Origin: Scenedesmus sp. PABB004
Taxonomy: Eukaryota
Direction of reading: 5' to 3'
DNA: 64,000 bases
Assembly: GCA_014905635.1 (NCBI GenBank)
Contig: JABVCE010000040.1
Coordinates: 1 to 64,000, forward strand
The position numbers were made by a program, and so were the translations under genes. Each line of letters begins with the position of its first letter. Position 1 is the first letter of the stretch. The notes beneath the pieces were generated by a model. That model was given only the letters and a program-made list of their open reading frames with translations, made no database searches and was not told the origin of the DNA. Shown in pieces: positions 57,405 to 64,000 of the stretch.

Positions 57405-58925
57405 ATGGCGCACCACCCACAGTCTCCCTACGGGCTCCCGAGCTCGTTCGGCGCACTTCGCGGCGAGGCGACGGCGGTGCGGCGCCCAACGCGCCTGCCG
57501 CCGCGCGCAGCGGCGCCCAACGCCTCGCCGGCGGGGCCGGCCCGACCATCACACGCCCCTGCCCACCTGACCGCAGTGCCGCTTCGAGATGCCCAAGGCC
57601 AGCCTGGCCTGCAACGCACACGGTGCGCGGATGCGCAGCGGGCAGCACGCACTGTGTGGGGCCGGCTGCGGCGACAGAGGCAGATGCCGCCGCCGCGGCC
57701 GCCTCGCCTGCTGGCCGGCGACGCGCCGAGCTGGCACGGCGCTGGGCAGCACAGGCGGCGCGGCTGCAGCAAGCAGCAGCCGCGCCGGCAAAGCGCGCCG
57801 GCGGCCGCGCTGACCCCCTGCCGCCGCGTCGCCGCCGCCGCCGCGCCGCCGCCGCCTCCCGCCAGGCTACGCCGCCTACGGCCTCAGCGAGAAGCCTGGC
57901 CGCCGCATCATGGGGTGAGCGCGCGCGGCGCGGCCGCCGCTCGCCTGCGGGCGCCGGCGCCGCCTGCACGCGCCCTCACGCGCCGCCGCCGGCTCGCCCG
58001 CTGTGCGCAGGCACTCCTTTGAGCAGCAGAAGGCTGCCCTGAACGAGACCATCATGGACCGGCAAGCAGAGAAGCCGTCGGGGCAGCGCTTTGCCGCGTC
58101 GGCGGAGTGGCGCGACCACCACGTGCAGCTGCGCTGGGAGCAGGAGGCCGAGGAGGAGCGCAAGCGGGTGCGACGCCGGGCAGGCACACGCCGGACCCCC
58201 CGCCCGCCCGCCGCCCGGGGCCCCGGCAGGCCGCCCCGCCCGGCAGCGCGCCTTTCCGCTCAGCGCCGTCGCTGCCGCCGCCGCCGCTGCGCCCGCCGCC
58301 GCGGCGCAGGTGCAGCACGAGCAGGCGAGCCTCGCCGGCGTGAGCCGGCAGCTCCCCGTGTACCAGACCTCGACCGACAACCCGCTCGCGCGCGCCGCGA
58401 CGACGCCCGCTGGCGGCCTGGCGTACGACGCGGGCGCCGCCGCGCCGCCGGGGTGGAGCCTCAGCGCCGGCAACACGCCGCGCCCCGACAGCCAGCGCGC
58501 GCGCGGGCTCGACGGCCAGCTCGGCGCCGACATGCTGCCCGCCGGGCCGGAGCAGCTCGCGGAGGAGGCGGGCGTCGCCGCGCTCGCCGCCGCGGTGCTG
58601 GCGCGCCGACAGGCGGAGGAGGAGCGCGAGGAGGCCCTGGGCGAGCTGCTGGAGCAGTGGCCCCACGGCATGCCGGTGCGCGCGGCCGCGCGGCCGGCGG
58701 CGCCGCTCCGGGGCCCACGCGCCCGCCCGCCCGGCGCTGCACGCCAGCTCCGCCCGCCGCGCGGCTGAGCCCGCTCCGCCCTGCTGCCCCTCCTCCCCCT
58801 CGCGCGCGCGCGCTCCGCAGAAGCGGCTGCAGCTGGAGCTGTTCCAGCAGCAGGGCCTGGTGCTGCCGGCGCTGGGCTATGGCAGCTACACCTCCACGCC
58901 CTACCGGGACATCGCCCACCTCTAA
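57405..58925 (+). CDS. Hypothetical protein, ~7 short exons
   Basis: Exon-like blocks MAHHPQSPYGLPSSFGALRGE, GYAAYGLSEKPGRRIMG, HSFEQQKAALNETIMDRQ..EEERKR, VQHEQASL..WPHGMP and KRLQLELFQQQG..RDIAHL, separated by GT/GC-AG introns. No family recognised. Confidence 0.7.
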
Positions 58926-58969
58926 ACCCTGAGCGCTGCGCCGAACTCTAAACCCTCAGCGCTGCGCCG
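58921..58969 (+). repeat. Two copies of TCTAAACCCTSAGCGCTGCGCCG (telo-box-like core)
   Basis: Direct repeat at 58921 and 58947; the first copy supplies the TAA stop. Confidence 0.8.
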
Positions 58970-60143
58970 GGCCTGCCCCGTGCTGACCCGCCGGGCCGCG
59001 CCCCTTTTGAGCTGTGTGCATGTACAGAGCCAGCCAGCGCCCGACCGGGTGAGTCTCAGGCACGTGTGACCGAATTCGAATAAGCCGGCGCTCCGGCGGC
59101 GCCCCGAGGGCAGCGGGTTGCACATACCTGTGGCGCCGGCAGGCCGCGGCGGGGCCCTCTGCCCCGCGCGCCTGCCGCGGCCGCGCCGGCTTTCTTTTGC
59201 GCGAGGCTCTCTAGCCGGCGCGTGCCGCGGCACGCCCGCGGCGGGCGGCCAGCGCGCGGGCCGCGCGCGGCGCTGTTCCCGAGTGTTGCCGGCGCGGCTG
59301 GGGCGCGCCCGCCGCGCGTGGGGGAGGACCAGGAGGCTTGCGCCGGCCGGCGCCGCGGCGCGGCGGCAGCCCCCCTCAGGGGTGCGCCGCGGCGCGGGGC
59401 TGGGCGCCCGATGGCGCGGGGCGGTTGGATGACTGTGTGGGCTGGCGGCCAGCGACATGGCCTGCCACACTTCACACGCGCTGAACAGCAGCGTACGCTG
59501 CCTGTAGACTATGTACATACGCATACACATACGCCTGCCTGCTCAACTGGTCAACTGGTCAACGCATTGTCATCATCGTCCCACATAGGGGCCGCATGCG
59601 CACTGCGACGGCGCGCCCCCGGCCGCTGCACCACCCAATGCACAGCGCGCCGCCGAGGGCTGGCATGGGACGCATTGCCTTGGCAGCGAGCTGCGCTCTC
59701 ACTCTGCGCAGTGCTGCACAGTGCGGGCGGCGAGGGCGGGCGGGGCAGCGCGGGGCAGTGAGGCCTGGGCCTCCCGGGATGGGTTTGTCCTGGGATGGGC
59801 TCTGCGGCGCCCCCCGCCGCGCGCGCGGCGGCTGCTCAGCTGGCATGTGGGCGCTGTGCACCCGCATGCGCCGCTCGCTCCAAACTGCCGCTGGCCTGGG
59901 CGGGGGCGCCATCTGCGTGCCCGCACCGGGCCGCGTGCATGGAGCGCGCGGCGCGCGGCGCGATCGCTCGTGTCCGAGAGCTCGTGCTGGGGGGCGTGGC
60001 GCCGCCGGCGCGTGACAGGAGGGGGGGGGGGACTCGCCGCCACAAGTAACCACTCCCTCGTCGTCATCGTGCGAGGCAGGTGATGGCCGGCAGGCGGCGC
60101 GCGAGTCCCTCGGGCGGCGCGCACGCGCCACCCGGCGACGCGG

Positions 60144-60148
60144 TTACA
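60144..60148 (-). terminator. Putative TGTAA poly(A) signal of the lipase gene
   Basis: TTACA on + strand, ~250 nt past the lipase stop. Confidence 0.5.
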
Positions 60149-60399
60149 TGCCGCCGCGCCCAGGCGGCCAGGCAGCGCTCGTATACGCCATTCGAATCAA
60201 ACAAAGTCCGGCCGGTCTTGATGATCAATCACCCAGGGAAAAACAAAAGGCACGGAAGGGTGCGCGATGTTCCCAGGCGCGCCGCCAGCGAGCAGCAGGG
60301 GCGGTCAGCAGCAGGCAAGACACTGCGTCGCAGCAGCGCCTCTCCCCCCCGCCCGGCTTCTATCTGAAACAAGGGTCACACGCGCGCGCGCCCGCCCGG

Positions 60400-62005
60400 T
60401 CACGCCGCCGCGCACATGAAGGCGCGGCACGTCGTCGGCGCGGCGCTCCACGCCGTGGCGTAGATGCCGCGGCCGACCGCCGTGGCGGCGTCAAACGCGC
60501 GCCGGACGGTGCAGCTCGCGTCCAACGCGCACGTGACCGGCCCGCCCGGCCGCGCCGGGGCCGCGATCTGCTCCAGCCGCGTCGCCGCGCGCAGCGCGCA
60601 CGCCTCGCACAGCACCGCCGCGACGCGCGGGTCGCCCGCGAGGTCGCTGCCGCGCGCCGCGAGGTGGCCGCGCCGCCAGGCGTCAAAGTAGCTCCCGAGC
60701 TGGTGCGTCGCGCCCGACGCGTCCACGCCGGCGCCGCCGCCGCAGTCCACGTCCTCGCTGCCGCCCGGCGCGAGGCTCCAGCGCGTGAGCCCGCTGACCG
60801 GGTCGGGGCACATCAGCAGCTGCCGGCCGACGTGCGCAAAGTCAAAGCGCTGCGTCTCGGCCGAGAGGCTGCTGCCGCCGCGGCTGCACGCCTGGTCGCG
60901 CGCGGGCACGCGGACCGCAAAGTCCTGATAGTTGGCAAAGCGCAGCGTCGCTGGCCGGAGCGCCGCGTCGTACGTCGCCGCCCACGCGGCGTTGCCGGAG
61001 CGCGGCGCCGCGAAGAGCCACACGCCCGCCACGCGGCCGCGCCCGCCGGCGAGCAGCGCGCGCAGGCGCAGCGCCGCGATCGCGGCCGTCGCGGCGCCGA
61101 GGCTGTGCCCCACGACGTGCACCTCGCCGCCCGGCACGTCGGCGAGGAGCTGGCGCACCGCGGCCAGCACGCCGGCCTCCAGCACCTGCGCGCACGCGCG
61201 GGGGCGCGGCCGGCGCGTCACGCCAGCCGCGCGCGCTGCTGGCAGCCGAGAAAAAGGCGGCGGGCGCGCGCACCTGCCAGCCGCGCCAGAAGCCGCGGTG
61301 CAGCGCGACGCCGCGAGCGCGTGGCGCGCCGAGCGCGGCGCCGTCGATGCGCGCGTGGCGGCAGCTCAGGTTGATCGTCAGGTCCCGCAGCCCTGAACCC
61401 TTGACCACCACAAAGACCCGCTCCCGCCCCGCGCGCAGCACGAGCGCGCTGCGCGGGCTGCCATACTCTGGGACCTCACCCTCCAAGCCGCGCGCCGCGC
61501 CCGGCGGCACGCCCATCGCGGCGAGGCAGGCGGCAAAGGTCCCGGGCGGCTGGTACGCGGCGTAGGCCAGCTGCATCATCACCAGGTTGATGGGGTGCGC
61601 CGCCTGGCAGGCGGCACGGCCGGCGGCACGGGCGGGCGGCGGCGGGTCGGCGGGCCGCGCGCCTCGCTCGGCCGCCGCCACGGCAGCGCAGCGCGCGCGC
61701 GCCTGCTGCTCCGCCGGGAGCGAGCTCCAGTTTGAGGGGAAGCCGCCCGCGTTGAGCAGGACGCTGGTGGCCCGGCACGGCGGCAGCCGCGCGCCGCGCT
61801 CCGGCTCCGGCGCGGCCAGGCCGAACAAAAGGTTGGCCGCGCCGCGCGTGACCGCGTCGCTGTTGTCTGCCAGCAGGCCAACAAGCGCGTCGGCGACCGT
61901 CTGCGCGCCCGCCAGCTGCAGCGCCGCCAGGAGCAGCAGCGGCAGCGGCGCAGGCCCGCGCCGCGCCGTGCCCGCCGGCCGCCGCCGGCCGGCGGCGCCC
62001 GCCAT
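60400..62005 (-). CDS. Secreted class-3 lipase, 3 exons
   Basis: Signal peptide; VVVKGS, LHRGF, nucleophile VVGHSLGAA, FAAPRSGN, NYQDFAVRVP, FAHVG, THQLGSY; Cys-containing C-terminus. Confidence 0.9.
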
Positions 62006-62267
62006 GGCTGCTGACAAAGGCGGAGCGCTAGTTCAGCGCGCTGTGACGGCGGCCGGGGCACGCGTGAGGCGCCCCTGGCTGAGATGCCGTGCTGGTGAGA
62101 GGGGTGCCTGCGCGCATTAGGCCGCTGGCGATCGCGGGCGTGCGCATTCACGGGCTGCGCGTGGCGCTGCGATTGTCCAGGCGGGCCCGCGCCGGCGGCG
62201 GTTCTGTTGCGTTCAGACGGCCGGTGACGCCGCGAGCAGCAGGCGGTCACCGCCGGCGCGGCGCGGG

Positions 62268-64000
62268 TCAGACGCCCTCGTCGCCCATGGTCAGCCCGGC
62301 GTCCTTGTGCAGCCAGAAGCCGGCGGAGATGAAGACGTATGACAGTATCAGCAGCGCGCCCTTCAGCCAGTGGCTGGTGCCGTCCTGCGGGTGTCCGCGG
62401 GGTGGCGGCGGTCAGCGCCGCGCGGCCGGCGCAGGCGCAGCGGCCAGCGCGGCGGCGCGGCGCGGCGAACCTGCACCAGCATCGCCGCGAGCAGCACGCT
62501 GACGAAGAGCACGAGCGCCTCAAACTGTGTTTGTGTGGGAGAGGGGGGGGGTCACAGGGTCGAGGCGCAAGGGTTCAGGAAGGCGGCCGTGCCGACGCGC
62601 GCCCCGCCGCGCGCCCCGCCGCCTGCCAGCGCCGGCCGCCGCGCGCCCAGCGCTCCGCCCAAGACACGGCCGCGGCTGCGTGCCGCGCGCGCGCCGCGTG
62701 GGCCCACCTCATTGAAGTTCAGGTCCAGCGGCTGGCCCAGGGCCCACGCGAGCATGACGCACAGTGGGATGACCAACACGCCGATCTGTGTGCTCGACCC
62801 TGACGTGGCGGTCACGACGTGAAGTGAGGCGGCGGTGAAGTGAGGAGGCGCCGGCGGCCGCGCCAGCAGCGGTCAGACAGGGACCGGGCCGGAGGGAGGG
62901 GCCGAGCGCGCGCGGCGGCGCGCACCCAGCGCGACGCCCATGGCGATGTCCATGCGGTTCTTGATCGCAAAGCCCAGTGCGCTCGCGTGCTCCGCGGCGT
63001 TGCCGACGATCGGCACGACTGCGCGGCGCGGCGCGGCGCGGCGCGCGTGAGCGCGCGCGTCCGGGGGCCGCACCCGCACCCCCAGCGCGCGTCACGACCC
63101 CCCCCCCCCCCCAGGCCGCACCAATGGTCGTGAGGAAGGGCATCGGCACGTGGAGCTGGTGGGAGGCCTCGGTGATGGCCTCCATGATCGCGTCCGAGAG
63201 CCAGCTGATGGCGAGCGTGACCACCGTGAGCCACACGAAGCAGCCGACCCGCGACAGCACCGGCGCCTCGTCGCCCTCCTCAACCACCTCCACCGACGAG
63301 CGGGGCCCGCCGCCGACGAGTCGCGCCGTCTCGGCCTCACCGCCAGCCGCCGCGCCGCCCGCGCCGGCGCCGCCGCGGCCGCGGCCGCCGCCGTTGCCGG
63401 CGAGGGGGATGAGCTCGAGGTCGCGCTGCGGCTTGGCGGGGGACTCGGGGTCGCCGTCCGCGACGCAGCTGCCGCCGAGCGGGTCCGGGCGCGGCGCGGC
63501 GCCGCCCGCGCCGGGGCCGTCGTCCTCGTACAGGTGCCTGCGGCGGCGCGGCGCGGCGGCGGCGTGGCGCGGCGCGGCGGCGGCGTGGCGCGGCGCGCCG
63601 CACCCCTTGCCCGCAGAGGCGGCGCGCCCGTGCGCCGCCGGCCGCTGCCAGGTTCTGTGTCAGCGCGTGCGCGCAGCAGCAGCGCGGCGACAGCTAGCTA
63701 GCGCCGCCGCCTCAGGCACCCCACCTGTGTGTATAGAGCTGGAAGACCAGGAAGAGCGCGTAGCCCAGCAGCAGCAGCACCGACTCAAAGCGGCTCAGCG
63801 CGAGCTCCGCGGTCGCGTCGCTCACGCTGTCGGCCGTGCTGCTGAGCAGCGTCGGCAGCATGACCGCCACGACTGGCGCGGCGCGGCGTGGCGCGGCGCG
63901 CGGGCGGGCGGGCGGGCGGCGGCAGCAGCGGGGGAGGGGGTGAGGCAGGAGGCAGTGAGGCCCCGGCGGCGGCGGCGCGGGCAAGCGAGCGAGCGCGCGC
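62268..64000 (-). CDS. CAX: CAX Ca2+/H+ exchanger, 3' portion (gene continues beyond the window)
   Basis: [65 protein letters not shown]. Confidence 0.93.

Overview
Eukaryotic, extremely GC-rich, intron-dense nuclear DNA. Gene content, TGTAA poly(A) signals and GTG/GCG intron donors suggest a chlorophyte green alga, probably Sphaeropleales-like (inference). Most long ORFs in the six-frame track are GC-bias artefacts, so genes were rebuilt by eye from exons and splice sites, and CDS coordinates are whole-gene spans including introns. The first ~2.35 kb is a ~171-bp tandem satellite. It carries two poly(A)-tailed, LINE-like insertions at the same position of adjacent repeat units, one with a clear 12-bp target-site duplication. 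This candidate satellite-targeting retroelement is the most unusual structure here. The rest holds about 22 tightly packed genes: PTOX, a peroxisomal Cu amine oxidase, an RRM+OPR-like protein, fasciclin, DUF179, a large coiled-coil protein, a ZIP transporter, PIG-S, RlmN, UTP15, an F-box/LRR protein, an atypical DEAD-box helicase, an acyltransferase, a 67-aa spliced microprotein, MED22, MPP6, PhzF-like, a twin-LOV protein, a subtilase, ALKBH6, NOC3, an unknown protein, a class-3 lipase and a partial CAX. GC-AG introns are frequent. Several single-base frameshifts in homopolymer runs look like assembly errors.
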